Shown piece after piece: positions 40,953-53,564 of a DNA stretch of 64,000 nucleotides. Within the stretch, counting starts at the first letter, position 1, and the number at the start of each line of letters is the position of its first letter. The stretch lies in the NCBI GenBank assembly GCA_021613535.1, contig CP075492.1:17670001-17734000 (forward strand). The letters run 5' to 3'. The position numbers were made by a program, and so were the translations under genes. Under the pieces are notes generated by a model. That model searched no databases and was not told where the DNA came from. It saw only the letters and a list, made by a program, of their open reading frames with translations. The DNA is from Adineta vaga (lineage: Eukaryota > Animalia > Rotifera).

Positions 40953-41841
40953 GGCCAGGCCAGGCCAGAAAAAAGTGGCCTGTTCCCAGCTCTGTCTTGA
41001 ACAACAACACATACTCGAATGACTGTCACTGCTCCATCTTGTACTACCAAATATAATAAAAAAAATGCATTTTTTTCTTCTTGTGCATATCTCTAATAAT
41101 AAATTATAAAGAAAAACAAGAAAAGAAATTAGATTTATTCTTTTTTTTTATAAATAAGAACATATTCTACATGACTGAACTAATATTCTTTTATGATATG
41201 GCAAAAACAAGGCGTAAAAAAAATGATTAAAAGTTTTTTGTTCTTCGAGAACATATATCCATTTTCTGATGGTCATAAAAAGAAAACCGGTAGATGTATC
41301 ATGTCAATGGAAGGATAGTGAATTTATTTATGAGTGTCTTTTTATTGAACGGAGTATCATGTAGATGGGTTTTCAACTTATTTTAACACAATATACAATA
41401 TGGTAAATAATCAGACATGACTTCTAGAATTTGACTGAAATCATGTTTTATACCCTCAAAAAGTGAGTGCACTTTAGAATTGATGAGTTTATATATTTAA
41501 CCATTTATACGATGACTCTTGAAAATACAAATCAGCTGCACGTTTGATTTCTTTTATTCATTTTATATGCTATTTATTTTAAAATAGTTTTCATACCACT
41601 TTTAAAAAATAGATTGTTGAAAAACGTTTTTTCTCATTAACAATTAGTTTTACTAAAAAGCAAGAAATATCATCGATTTTTTTCTTATTATTTTAACACA
41701 AAATTAATTTCCTTTCAATTTATTTATTTTAAACTTAATGAATATACTGAAAAAACAATTATACTGTATCAAAAGAAAAGTAATTGTATAATCAAAAAAT
41801 CCTGAAACGAACGATGAGTATGTGGTGTTGATCAAAAGAAT

Positions 41842-41903
41842 GCGGGTGTGGGTATTAGATAGATGTAATACCCTCACCCACACCCACACCCACCCACACC
41901 CTT
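41842..41903. repeat. Telomeric-repeat palindromic site 13 (core A)
   Basis: gggtgtgggta-ttagatagatgtaata-ccctcacccacaccc... Confidence 0.9.
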
Positions 41904-41958
41904 AATTGTCACTGATCAATTGCACATCAGCTAATTTATATTGACAAGAGTTCCACTA

Positions 41959-42949
41959 TTAAATTTCTTCAAGAAATACATTAATTTCATCGAATTCTTT
42001 CTTCATAGAAATATTTTCGATATTACCATATCGTTCGAATAGTTTTTGTGCCCATAAAAAACGGCGACGAGCTTTCGTTGAATTGTGCGAAGAAGAATTG
42101 TTCAAGAGAGATTTACCAATAGAAAGATGAGAATCAGCCATATCACGTAACAAACGCATGAATAAATTATCATCAAAAGTAAAAAGTTGTATATGGTTTC
42201 TATAATTAAATGCCCAATCTAATTGCTCTTCGAAATTATCACGAAAAATATAAATTGATAAACGAAGACCATATATCAATGGATCAAACATTTTCTTAGG
42301 GTTTTCCATAATCAATGGTACAATTAATCTTCCCATTGTATTCGATGTAATGAAAAAGATACGTTTATTTATATTTCGTTGGAAACATTCAAGACAGTCA
42401 CGGAAACTTGAGAAGATTTCTAATAAACATGGAACAGTGGCAATAGTCACAGACAGAGTATAATTTGTAAAACAGGCTTTTTCAGAACGTCCTTCAATCA
42501 GATTTGATTGATTTTTACTTTGAAGTTCTTCCGATATCAATAAAAAGGCATTTTTCAAATTTTCATAACTTGATGGTTTATTAATCTTCCGATCAAGCCA
42601 AATAATCATATGATCTGGATCTTGAATATTTTCTAAATGAAATTCAATACCTATTAAGTCATAAAAGTTGATTTCAGTAATGCTTACCCATGATTTTCTC
42701 TGATGAACTTGGAAATTCTTTCGTTCTATATATCCAACCAATCATATTTCCATCTCGAATACCTATATCACTAAATGTAAGCTCTAATCGGCATTGTTCA
42801 CCTTTGAAGATAAGTTTTTGACAGTCAGGTGGGATGCCTGTTCTATTGTAGATGTCTTCTTTGAAACTACCAATTTTATCCGAAGGTTCGACTTCAAACG
42901 GTATCTGATATTTGTCTAACGTTTGAATAAAAACTTTCATCTTGTTCAA
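41959..42949 (-). pseudogene. Ubiquitin-like domain fused to an IIWLD-type domain; frameshift near 42740
   Basis: MKVFIQTL...EVEPSDKI...GIPPDCQKLIFKG; second frame has IIWLD...FSSFRDCLEC...IFFITS. Confidence 0.65.
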
Positions 42950-43642
42950 TATTCCAATAACTAATAATCAAATGAAATCAACGTTTGAAATAAGCATCGT
43001 TTTTGTACTTCAATATCTACTTGGAAATTTCTTTGAGTTGACGATTGGATTTTTTCATCCATTCAACTCACATTTTTCATATCACAATAATGACGTTACT
43101 TGTGCAATTACATAAGAGAATCGATAAAGTAATAAGTTTACTCGGGTGAATGACGATGTTAATGTAAACAAATAGAAGATTAATTTGGATATATCCATAT
43201 TTAATGCAAAATAGTGTCAATATAAATAATACGGAATATAAGAACCTTTTTTTGAGTCGATCGGTTTTTCTTATTTGATTGTTTTTAACCATGTTTGACA
43301 AAAATATGTCGCAATTCTTACATTAAACGTTGTTCTGATAGGAAAACAACATGAAAAATTATTAGAAATCTATCGACGATTTTATATTAATAGAGAAGAT
43401 GCTAACCAATAGTATGTCATTTGGGACATCGGCATGAATACTCAAAACTTACATGGATAGTTTCAGATTGAGACCATTCTCTTTCGTCATATAAACTATT
43501 TTTCATTGAAGCCCAGAACTTATAGGACACCCTTGAGAGGAAAAGTCATGTATATGCAAAAAGAAAAGAATATTAACATGTGTAATTCTTCATCATACGT
43601 TCTTTTGCTTTTAATCAAGAACTACTGTTTTTATATTCATTT

Positions 43643-43769
43643 ATGAGCGAATCACTTGCATCATCAATTTCTATCAATCTTCAAGTTCCTGGTGAAAATT
43701 ATTTGACTCTTTCTGATGGTCGTCAATTGGCATATACCGAACAAGGTGATGTAAACAGTAAAAAATAAT
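43643..43769 (+). pseudogene. Alpha/beta-hydrolase N-terminal fragment cut at site 14
   Basis: MSES...YLTLSDGRQLAYTEQGDVNSKK. Confidence 0.65.
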
Positions 43770-43822
43770 CTTGAGGGTGTGGGCGGGTGTCTGGGTAATA
43801 AAAGGACACCCACACCCTCAAG
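43770..43822. repeat. Telomeric-repeat palindromic site 14 (core B)
   Basis: cttgagggtgtgggcgggtgt-ctgggtaataaaagg-acacccacaccctcaag. Confidence 0.95.
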
Positions 43823-44600
43823 AAAATAACCACTATTTTTCGGTAGCACAACTCCACTTTTCATATGAGTAGTCGTTCGACTACTCACAATATTAATACC
43901 TTCATCATCATCGAAAAATACTGATTCATTATCAGATAAATTTCCATTATTACTTGCCATATTGATGAATAAGACAAAATTAAATAAAAGCGAAGACGAA
44001 CACAAATAATTGCTATGACAAATTTAAGATCTATTGTGTGATTGATTCTGCTTTTGATCAAACAAATCAAAATATGTTTTATCAATATTAGTTTCATCAG
44101 GTGTATTTAATAAATAAAATACATATTTATCGTTAAATAAAATAAATCATAAAAGATGCTGGAAAAAAGTGAAATTATACCAATTTTTGGAAGAATCACG
44201 TTTGAAAGACTTCAACTTTCATCATTATATCCAAAGTGAAACATTTATTAGAATATCAGTCCATTTAACACCTGAACCAGGATGTTCTGAAACACCTGGC
44301 CAAACATATCCTTTATCTCAATTTATTAATTATATCATTTGATTCAAAATATGATAAAGTTTTAATTAATAATAGTAATATGAATAAAATATCTTTTAGT
44401 AAAAACGAAATTTGAATGTGCTAAAACAAATCTTTTGGATTTAAAGCAGATGTCATTTTAAGCCTAAGTGAAATAATAGTAATAAAAAAATGAATATCCT
44501 TTGTCACTTTTTGAAGTACACATAACACTCGGATTTAAATCCGAGTTTTCCGTATATTTTTAAGATTTAAAAAATATCGCCGTAGAAGCGTGGTAACCGG

Positions 44601-44681
44601 GAGGGTGAGAGTGAGGGTGTGGGTGTATAATTACTTCGTCTCATACACAACATCGACACCCACACCCACACCCACACCCTT
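44601..44681. repeat. Telomeric-repeat palindromic site 15 (core C, inverted relative to site 10)
   Basis: gggtgt-ataattacttcgtctcatacacaacatcg-acacccacaccc... Confidence 0.95.
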
Positions 44682-44897
44682 TAATGGAAAATTTATTGTT
44701 GTTTTGCATAGATAAACCGTTAATCTTCGTTCTATTCTTTACTAGACTTGATTTTCTGATAGAAACAATTCAATATTGATTGGTAGAAAAAAGTTGAAGA
44801 AATTTAGAAGAAAAGCCTTTACAATACAAGACCCGGGTCTTCTAAAATGAATTTCGTATCTTTCTTCAAAGGGGGTCTTCTATTACGCAGGGAGGTT

Positions 44898-45139
44898 TAC
44901 GGCCAAACCTAACATTTCATCATTCGTTGCTGTTCGTTTTGCTTGCTCGATCATTGCTGATACACTTTGTAAATAGGGTGGCGACTTTACTGACCTTAAA
45001 ACTCGAGAAAATTTCTTTCGTTGCCTTTCGAGATATTCTCTTACACCTGGTCTATCGATTCGGTCAAATGGTAGAATCAGCGTGTCCGTTGTTGTATCAA
45101 GGGCTTTCTGTCCACATTCCAAAGCATAATCGATTGGTG
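44898..45139 (-). pseudogene. 242-bp internal fragment of the VWA-RING gene (matches 30094-30335)
   Basis: Direct alignment, 9 mismatches counted by eye. Confidence 0.9.
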
Positions 45140-45164
45140 TCTAGGGCATGTATGACTTTGTTAA

Positions 45165-45212
45165 TCGAGGGTGTGGATGTTAGATAGATGTAATACTCAC
45201 ACCCACACCCTT
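45165..45212. repeat. Telomeric-repeat palindromic site 16 (core A)
   Basis: tcgagggtgtggatg-ttagatagatgtaata-ctcacacccacaccctt. Confidence 0.9.
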
Positions 45213-45593
45213 CTTCTTTATTTATCATACTCGAATGAATTCTTCAAAAATTGGTTTTAAATGTGCATTTTTATAATTACTATTTCACCTGAAACTGATA
45301 AACATCATATAATGATAGATGTATATCAAATCAATTTTCTCACTGATGTATGGATTCATCCAACAAAATTGATTTTCTTTGATATTGGCAATGAACTTAT
45401 GGAAAATACTGTCTAAGTCAGAACTCGAAACAAAATAAAGACTCATAGAGGTAGTGAAATATTGTCTCGTTTCAGACTCTGTTACAAACTAAAAATAATC
45501 GTAAATGATTTTCAATCTGTGTTTCATGCCTCTAATCGGATATTTCTTGAAAACATGTTTCTCTAATTACATTGAAATAAGATAAGAAAAATG

Positions 45594-46202
45594 TTAAATT
45601 TTATTATTCATCGCATACATCGGTGCATCAGGAGTATTCACTGTTCCTCTTTTACAACAAAAACGTCTTAAAATGATTAATAATATGATAACAACATGAA
45701 TAATATAATTAACAACCAAAAGAACAAAAGCAGCTCTAAATAATTCAGATTGACAATAACTATTTGGATTATTTGGATTATCTCCTTGAACACCATTCAC
45801 TTTTGCACCAAATATCCAAACTGAACCAGTAATTAACCAAGCAAAATTAAACAAGAATATAATTAATGTTGCAACAAGAATAAAAGCAAGAATAGCAAGT
45901 CCGATTGATTTATATTCTTCTAGACCACGAAGAAAATTACATCGTACATTGATTATTCCACTAATAGCAAATATCATTACTGTAATATGAACTGCAGCAT
46001 TTACAATCATATAAATCGGTATCATTGGTTGTATTGGACATTGATTAAAATATTCTATTGCAAATTTGAGATGAACAGCAGCCATAATAATTCCTAATGG
46101 AATAGCAATGAAATGAAATTTTCGTGAATAGAAACCAATCGCTCTTTGAAGCCAACTTGGTCGTGCTAATGATGAGAAATTTTCATTTGATGATTCAATC
46201 AT
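45594..46202 (-). CDS. 4-TM protein, TMEM272-like
   Basis: CPIQPMIPIYMIV, FAWLITGSVWIF, YC..LF..AF; four hydrophobic segments. Confidence 0.75.
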   Translation of the reverse strand: MIESSNENFSSLARPSWLQRAIGFYSRKFHFIAIPLGIIMAAVHLKFAIEYFNQCPIQPMIPIYMIVNAAVHITVMIFAISGIINVRCNFLRGLEEYKSIGLAILAFILVATLIIFLFNFAWLITGSVWIFGAKVNGVQGDNPNNPNSYCQSELFRAAFVLLVVNYIIHVVIILLIILRRFCCKRGTVNTPDAPMYAMNNKI

Positions 46203-47365
46203 TATTCTAATTTGAAATTGAAGAAATTTAATCTAAACAAATATCAGTTAGATTATGTTAAGAAATAAAAATTTTGTATAATAAATATTTTCAAAAAAAA
46301 ACTAAACTCAAAATAATTCTTTCAAACGAACATTTTTTTAACTTTATTTGAATCATATTCTGGAAAAATGATTATGTTTATTCTAAGAACGTACTTTTGT
46401 TCTTAAAAGTTCTTTCAATGACCCAAACGCACTTTTTTCTCGTTCTTTTTATTTATGCCACCAAAATAAAGCCATCCTTTTCTCTTCCTGTTCTTTTTTC
46501 ATGTCATCTATGATCAAAAGAGAAAAAAAGAATGTTCTCCTTTATATTTCCTTCAAAATAAACGTACCTCTGTCAGAATAAACATCGAACGTTCATCTTT
46601 TTCTCTTTCTATCTAAAAAAATGTCATATTACCAAATTTGTTTTTATTATTCTGATAAATAGAAGAGAAACAATTCATTTTCTTTCTTCTCCTTCTATGA
46701 CTATGTTTGTCAAAACATTTATAAAAGTCAATTTAATCTTTCTCTTGGATTTATTTTTGAATTTTTTCCTCCAGTTATTAACATATTCACATGTCAAGAA
46801 GATTTCTGGGTTCTATTACAATTAACAACTATCTAATCGAGAACATACGAACTGCGTTATAAGAATCTTTTCTTTTTTAAATAGCCAATGAAATGTTTTA
46901 GTTATAAAAATGGCGGATAATAGGCAAAGTTTAAACATATTTTGACTTATTATGAGAGAGAGAGAGAACACGTTTTTCACCAGGCCCAAGACTTCGGAAT
47001 TATTTTCTTTTGATCTTTATTGATGAATATATTGAATAGAAACGAATTGATTTGTATAGATAAAGAGAATATTTTTGTAAAAATTGAACTGTTATATATG
47101 ATTTCATCATTTTCTTGTTAATATATTTGTGTAATAATTGCTATAAAGATAACTAAAGTTATTCTGTTACGATAAAATGCAGCCGCACTTGCATGAATCA
47201 TGTTTGTAGTAGAAGAAGCTGTAATGAACGTTTGAATTCAATCCTAAAAATCACAAATTGACATATTTATTATACTAAATGTGAGATTATTATCGAACCT
47301 AATAACTTGTCCATTATGACTCCAGTCTAACCATTTAGTTCCATTTGCTAATGTTGGATAACCAT

Positions 47366-47419
47366 CTTGAGGGTGTGGGTGTACGGGATGCAATAATCAC
47401 ATTCACACCCACACCCTTC
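47366..47419. repeat. Telomeric-repeat palindromic site 17
   Basis: cttgagggtgtgggtgt-core-cacacccacaccctt. Confidence 0.9.
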
Positions 47420-48093
47420 AGATAACTGACTAATAAAGTGTTCTTATTTGCTTGCCTTTTTCGCAGCACATATGCACTGCATGAAAACATAAACGTGCAT
47501 TATTCATGTTTCATTTCATACGTATAAATTTCTTTTTCATCAGACGGAAATTTTTTTTTGCATTACCACCATATAGTCTTTCATTATCGATTGAATACAA
47601 TAGTAACATATCTTTTATTAAGTCGATATTAAATATCATAAAAACGATTCTTTATAAGGGTGATTTAAAAAATATGTAGGGACAATCAGTTTGAACCGAT
47701 GAAACTTCCTATAGTTCCTGTAAAATTTCAATGTACTTTCATACCATTTACTCACACGCGCACTGTCAAGAAACAATGTTTACTCATTTTACGTAGGCGA
47801 CTATGAGACTTCTTTTTGTACTTTTTTGCGAGTCATTTGATGAATTTCAGGTGTCGAAAAAGTAATAAGATGGATGAATCCATGAGAGATGAGGCGTTTG
47901 GTATTCGATATTTGTATAACGAAGAGACTCGTATGACTTTTAATTTTCCTATTATTCCGTTCCATTTTATCATTAACGTGCATGTTCTTCTATTCCACTT
48001 TGAAATATTCACAATACGATTTTATGCGTGTTTCTCTTTTTGTTTATTCATTTTAGACTATTATTTTAATTACATTAAGCTACACAGCAATCT

Positions 48094-50983
48094 ATGGCAT
48101 CAGTAATTATTATTCTGACTTTAACTTTTGTCTGTTCATACTGTCAATTATCGGTCGTTTCACGATTTCAACATAAATATAGTTCTTTAAAAAATGATGA
48201 TAAATTGATGTCAACAATCACAACGAATATCAGTGGCATTTGTTCGCATTGTTTTAATAGTACGTGTAATCTACCATCTGGTTATTGTTTTATTGACAAA
48301 TTATGTCTTAAAGATGGTGATGCTCTTTATACTTGTCTACAATGTAATTCATCTCAAAATCAATTTGAATGGTCTTATAATTCAGCATGTTCAGCTGGGG
48401 ATATACGTTGTTCTAACACTCAGTTTATAGCACAACATCTATGTAATGCATCAGTCATCAATGCATTCTATCAAAACTTTCAAAATGCAACGGTCACTCT
48501 ATATAATCCCAAGTGTTCTAGTTTATCGTGTCAACCTGGTTTTTTCTTTTCAACATTTGTCAATAATAGTAATAACATATCACAAACAGTTTTGTTCTCT
48601 TGCTGTCCAGGTTACTTTTGTCCTGATGGTCAAGCATGCATGATACCTTGTCGTGATGCAGCGTACTGCCCATCACCTTTGCTACCAAAAAATGGCTTTT
48701 GCCTCACTGATGTTGATTGTTCACAAAGTGCGCCCACTCAGTTCAATAAATATGGCTGTGGTGGTTCATCTGTCGAAGGCTTCTGTCAATCTGGATCTTA
48801 CTGTCCAAATTCATCCATAAAAATATCATGTAAAAACTTGGATTCTGCCTATTGTCCATCAGGAGTGACAGATCCCATTGTCTGTCCCATTGGCTTTACG
48901 TGTCAAGATGGTATTTTAGATAATGCTCGGATTTTTATTATAGCAATGGTTATTGTTTTAGTTCCACTCGTCTTTTTAATTCTACTTCGTTTTATCGTAA
49001 ATGCAAAAATTATACAATGTATAGTAAGAACATATGAACATTGCGCATGCTGTTCTCTAGAAGACAGTATTCGACGAAAGAAAATATATATTGTAGAACA
49101 AGAAGAGACAAGTGATTATTTTAAGATTCCTATAGATCTATCAACAACAAACAATAATGGTTTCAAAATTGATTTGGAAAATGCCAGATTGAATATACCA
49201 AAATGGGAAAAATCTAATAAAGGCTTTACATTTTCTATTCAAAGTGGACAAATAAATGGTATTATGGGTCAATCAGGATGTGGAAAGACAAGTTTACTTT
49301 ATACGATTCAAGGACGAAAAAGTTTGCAGAAAGATGGTAAAATTGTAATTAGTGATACAAGCAAAAAAAATAGTCATTGGCATCCATTGCATACATGGCT
49401 CTCTGATTTAGTTGGTTATGTTCCACAAGAAGATGTGATGCATTCAGATTTCACTGTTTTCGAAACTGTCTATTTTTCGGCACGTTCACGACGATTAAAA
49501 GATGATAGACAAACGATTCGAAATGATGTCAATTTTGTCTTAAACAAATTAGATATGACACATAAAGCGTATACAATGACTGAAAAATTATCTGGAGGTA
49601 AATAGTTTCATTCAATATATATCCTATGTTTTTGTTATTTTTTATTATATAGGAGAGAAAAAACGTGTTAATATTGCCATGGAAATTGTTGCTTGTCCAA
49701 AAATTTTATTACTTGATGAGCCAACATCAGGTTTAGATACTGTTGTTTGTGATAAAGTATTTAAATTATTGAATATTATCAAACAAAATCGATTGTATCC
49801 AGTAAATATTATTTTAATTATACATCAACCAAGTTATGAATTGTTTCAGAAAATTGATCATTTGATTTTGCTTAATCCTGATTGTTATTTGGCTTATTAT
49901 GGTCGACGAGAAGATGCTCTACAACATTTACATAATCAAGTTCATTTGAATGAAGGTAGTGAAGAATATCAACAAATATACAAATCAAAGAATGATTGTG
50001 ATTGTTGTATTTATGCATTAGCTCATTATCCGAACAAAGCAGCTGTCGAAAACCAATCAATTACACCACTAAAATGTAAAAATCCTTTTATAATTAATTT
50101 GAAGTCAATAAACATACAATCAATATTTTTGCCAATTATCTACGTTATTCATCGTACATGTGTACAGATGTTTCAACGAAATTATGCAATCGAAGCTACG
50201 TATGCTTTAGCTTTTTTCCTATTAGGTTTAATTATTGGTCGTTTATTTCGAAATCAAGCACAATCTTGTAACATCAACTCATTATCAGCAATTTATTTTA
50301 TGATTAGTCTAGGCTTTGGTATGGCAACATGTATTACTAGTCAACGTTTATTTGGTATAGAAATGGTTGATAAAACGTTTATAAGAGAAACAAGAAATTC
50401 CTATCATCCAATTCAGTATTGGTTAGCAAAAACATTGGTCGATTTAATTCATTTATTTCTTTATCCTTTATTATTTTTAACCATGTTATATATTGAAATA
50501 ATACCAAGATCGAGTTTTGCTGATTATTATTCAGTATTACTTGCCATGGCTTTTGCTTGTTCAGGTATTGGACAATTTGTCTCAGTTGCCTGTCAAAAAA
50601 CTGAAAACGCTTATTTAGCAGCAACATTAGTTACTCTCCTCTCTTGTTTTATTAGTGGATTCAATCCAACAAAAAGTGAAACATTACACAATTTAGTTTA
50701 TCTATCATTTTCAAGACATGTTCAACGACAACTTTTTATTTATGACACAGAAAAATATGTTCAGAACACATCAACAATTAGTTTGTGGAATACTCAAATT
50801 GATGCTCTAAGTATTCATTATTCTTTTGGAGATAATGAAGGATCAATAGCTTATCTAGTGATTATTGGTATAATAATGCGCTTTTTAACAATAATTTTTC
50901 TTTATGGAAGATCAGAATATCGATCAACATTTCGATTTCAGTCATCGAAATTATTCGATCTAATAGGTTATCAACCTCGATAA
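48094..50983 (+). CDS. ABCG half-transporter with signal peptide and Cys-rich ectodomain, ADP1/ABCG24-28 architecture (intron 49598-49652)
   Basis: CCPGYFCP/CQSGSYCP repeats, TM, Walker A GQSGCGKT, LSGGEKKRV, LLLDEPTSGLD, IHQP, ABC2 membrane domain. Confidence 0.9.
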
Positions 50984-51110
50984 ATAAACAAGATATATGA
51001 TATACATATTTCTCACTTTTGTCTTCCTAGTTTGTTTTTCTATTCTTTCACCAAATAAATAATGAAATGTAGAATGTTTTCATTTCTTCCGAAAACACGT
51101 TGAATTCATT

Positions 51111-51201
51111 AGGGCGTGGGTGTGCGTGTGGTTCACGGTATCGGTTAACAAGAGACTCACCCACACCCACACCCACACCCACACCCACACCCACCCTCAA
51201 G
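51111..51201. repeat. Telomeric-repeat palindromic site 18
   Basis: agggcgtgggtgtg-core-(cccaca)5-cccaccctcaag. Confidence 0.9.
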
Positions 51202-51280
51202 ATGGAAAGTCAATGAATAAAAATGAAACACAAAAGAAACGGAAATAACAACGAGGTCTAAATAATTGCGAGGCGAATAA

Positions 51281-51340
51281 GAGGGCGTGGGTGGGTGTGG
51301 GTGCGTGTCTGGGTAATAAAAGGACACCTACACCCTCGAG
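51281..51340. repeat. Telomeric-repeat palindromic site 19 (core B)
   Basis: gagggcgtgggtgggtgtgggtgcgtgt-ctgggtaataaaagg-acacctacaccctcgag. Confidence 0.9.
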
Positions 51341-51642
51341 AAATAAACGTGATGAATAGATAAATAATTTGTCCAACAGACAGAAATGAAATTTCGTTCG
51401 CTGATATGTTTGAAGAGATTTTGAAATCATGTCATAGAAATGATTAGATTAAAACAAAATTTGATGAATGATATTTTGAAAAAGGTTTTCTTCAAATTGA
51501 TTATTATCATAAATCAGATTTAAAAATTGACTATTTAGATGAAAAGAAAATGATTTTTTATGTTGGTAGTTTCCATCAGCTATTGTTCTCTTATGTTTTA
51601 TTTGCATTTGTTGCCATTTCAATCTTTTTCTTTATTCTGTTA

Positions 51643-53170
51643 ATGGTATCGAACGAATGTTGGAATTTTCGTGTTGGACGAGAATTTTTAGAGAGTATTT
51701 CATGGCCTTCTGTGCTTCGCAAAACAATTCATGATCGATGTTATTGCCGTCGATGTTATCCGTCTAATCTTCCAGATACACTCACTGTCGCTCATTATAC
51801 ATACGTTATTCCACGTGGATGGACTCGTTTTGCTGTTTCTGTTGATGAAATTTTCTTCAATCATCATAATGTATGGAAAACATGGTTGAATTGTTATCAT
51901 GGAACAAGTATTGAAAGTGCAAAATCGTGTGTTGAACATCGACAGTTACTTTTACCTACTGATGTTACTATGCATGGAAAGAAACTAGAAATACGAGATG
52001 GTCATATTTCAGGAGAACATTATATTTTTACAACACCATCAATTAGTTATGCTGGACTGGATTGCTATGCTCATACATATGACTTTATATCTCCTCATAA
52101 TTCAAGACCTTATACTATAAAAGTAGCATTACAATGCAAACAAAAATATGACTCAATTATTGTTCAATCTGAAACAGTTGGTGCAGGTGAGAGCGGAACA
52201 AAAATATGTCCTTATATCCCAAATGATGAATTAGAATGGAAAACACAACATCGATCATCTGTTATGATCTATGGATTATTGCTAGAAATAAAAAGATACA
52301 ATGAAAATCTAGGCATTGATCCAACACCACGACCATCGCCATCATCAGTCATTCGTGATAAAGGTATGGAGATATTAATAAATACAATATAGAATCTTTT
52401 CTTGCTAGTCAAAACGACTGTGCGTTTTAATTTATATACTACATATGATAATTTTGTTACATAGGAATATGGACTGTAAAGAAACCAATTGCGAGACATT
52501 CGCCACCAGATAGATCTCCAGATACAAGAATTCCTATACCATCGAGTATAGATCCGAAGGATATAGATACCATTAAAAAGTGTTCAATATCAAAATGGGA
52601 TATTATTGTTTTGATAATGTTTATAGTTGCAAATATTTTACCGATAGCTCTTTTAACTGTTGGTCAAATCTACAAATTCGATTGTCCAATTGAACCATTG
52701 ATTCCACAATGGATGACTGTTTTTGGAGCTGTAATTTTAGGTTATTTTAGTCTCATATTCATTATGGTAAGATTTTAGCATGTATTTCTTGGATTAATAT
52801 ATTATTTATAGGGATCTATAATATTCAAATGTTGTGCTTCTTATAAAGGTATAGTAGAGTGTATTGGTGGCGTCCTCCTAGAGCCGTTAATAATATTCTT
52901 TCTGGCATGGCTAATCCTGGTAGAATATAAACATATTTTTTTTGAAATATTAGAAGATATATCTTTATTTTATTTTGATAGGGAGGTGTGTGGATATTGT
53001 CTGCGAAATCGAGTGTTCAACACGATCTACCTAATAAACCAAATTATTGCCAAGAAAATCTATACAAGTTCGCATTGGGTTTTCTACTTGCAGTGTATGC
53101 ATTGATTGTTCTTATTTTCTTATGTGGTGGTATTACATATCTTATTTCCAAGCTACGAAAATGTATATAA
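51643..53170 (+). CDS. NEURL4-C-terminal-type ADP-ribosyltransferase-fold domain fused to a TMEM272-like 4-TM domain
   Basis: Exons 51643-52363, 52465-52766, 52812-52919, 52982-53170 splice in frame; YHGTS, FTTPSISYA, ETVG, ELEW; then CPIEPLIPQWM, AWLILGGVWI, NYC. Confidence 0.75.
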
Positions 53171-53564
53171 TGCATTTTTAATCGAGATTTTATTATAAAT
53201 CTATTATAAAAAAAATCAAACATTTTCTTCATTGATTCGAAAAAATCTTTAAGGAAGATGAGAGCGTCGTTTAATTCTTTTTATTAATACTATAATTTCA
53301 TCTCATATTTAAAATAAAAGTTCATAAAGAATTTTATAACGACTATAACTGATGCATTTTATTTTTATTGTATAATTCAGTATTATTTCATCTTTTTCTT
53401 ATAATTTGTGTTATAGAATATTTTTACTTATATATTCATTATTTTCTGTGTACTGAGAAAGTAAATATATTACTAGAATCCGTCAACGCATCCATTCATT
53501 CGTTTACACACATAATTTTCGAAATGACAATCAGATTTTGATGACTTTTGAGTATTGATGAGTT

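Larger units (their letters stand above)
37074..40994 (+). mobile_element. hAT DNA transposon, apparently full length
   Basis: TIRs cagagctgcgcatcaggcc / ggcctgttcccagctctg; (caggc)n subterminal repeats at both ends; internal transposase. Confidence 0.9.

Noticed and set aside
36960-41100. Small Cys-rich ORF split by the hAT (MCCCSR|ESTPHQGYTHCPRKPC)
   Set aside because: No signal peptide, no TSD and no recognisable family
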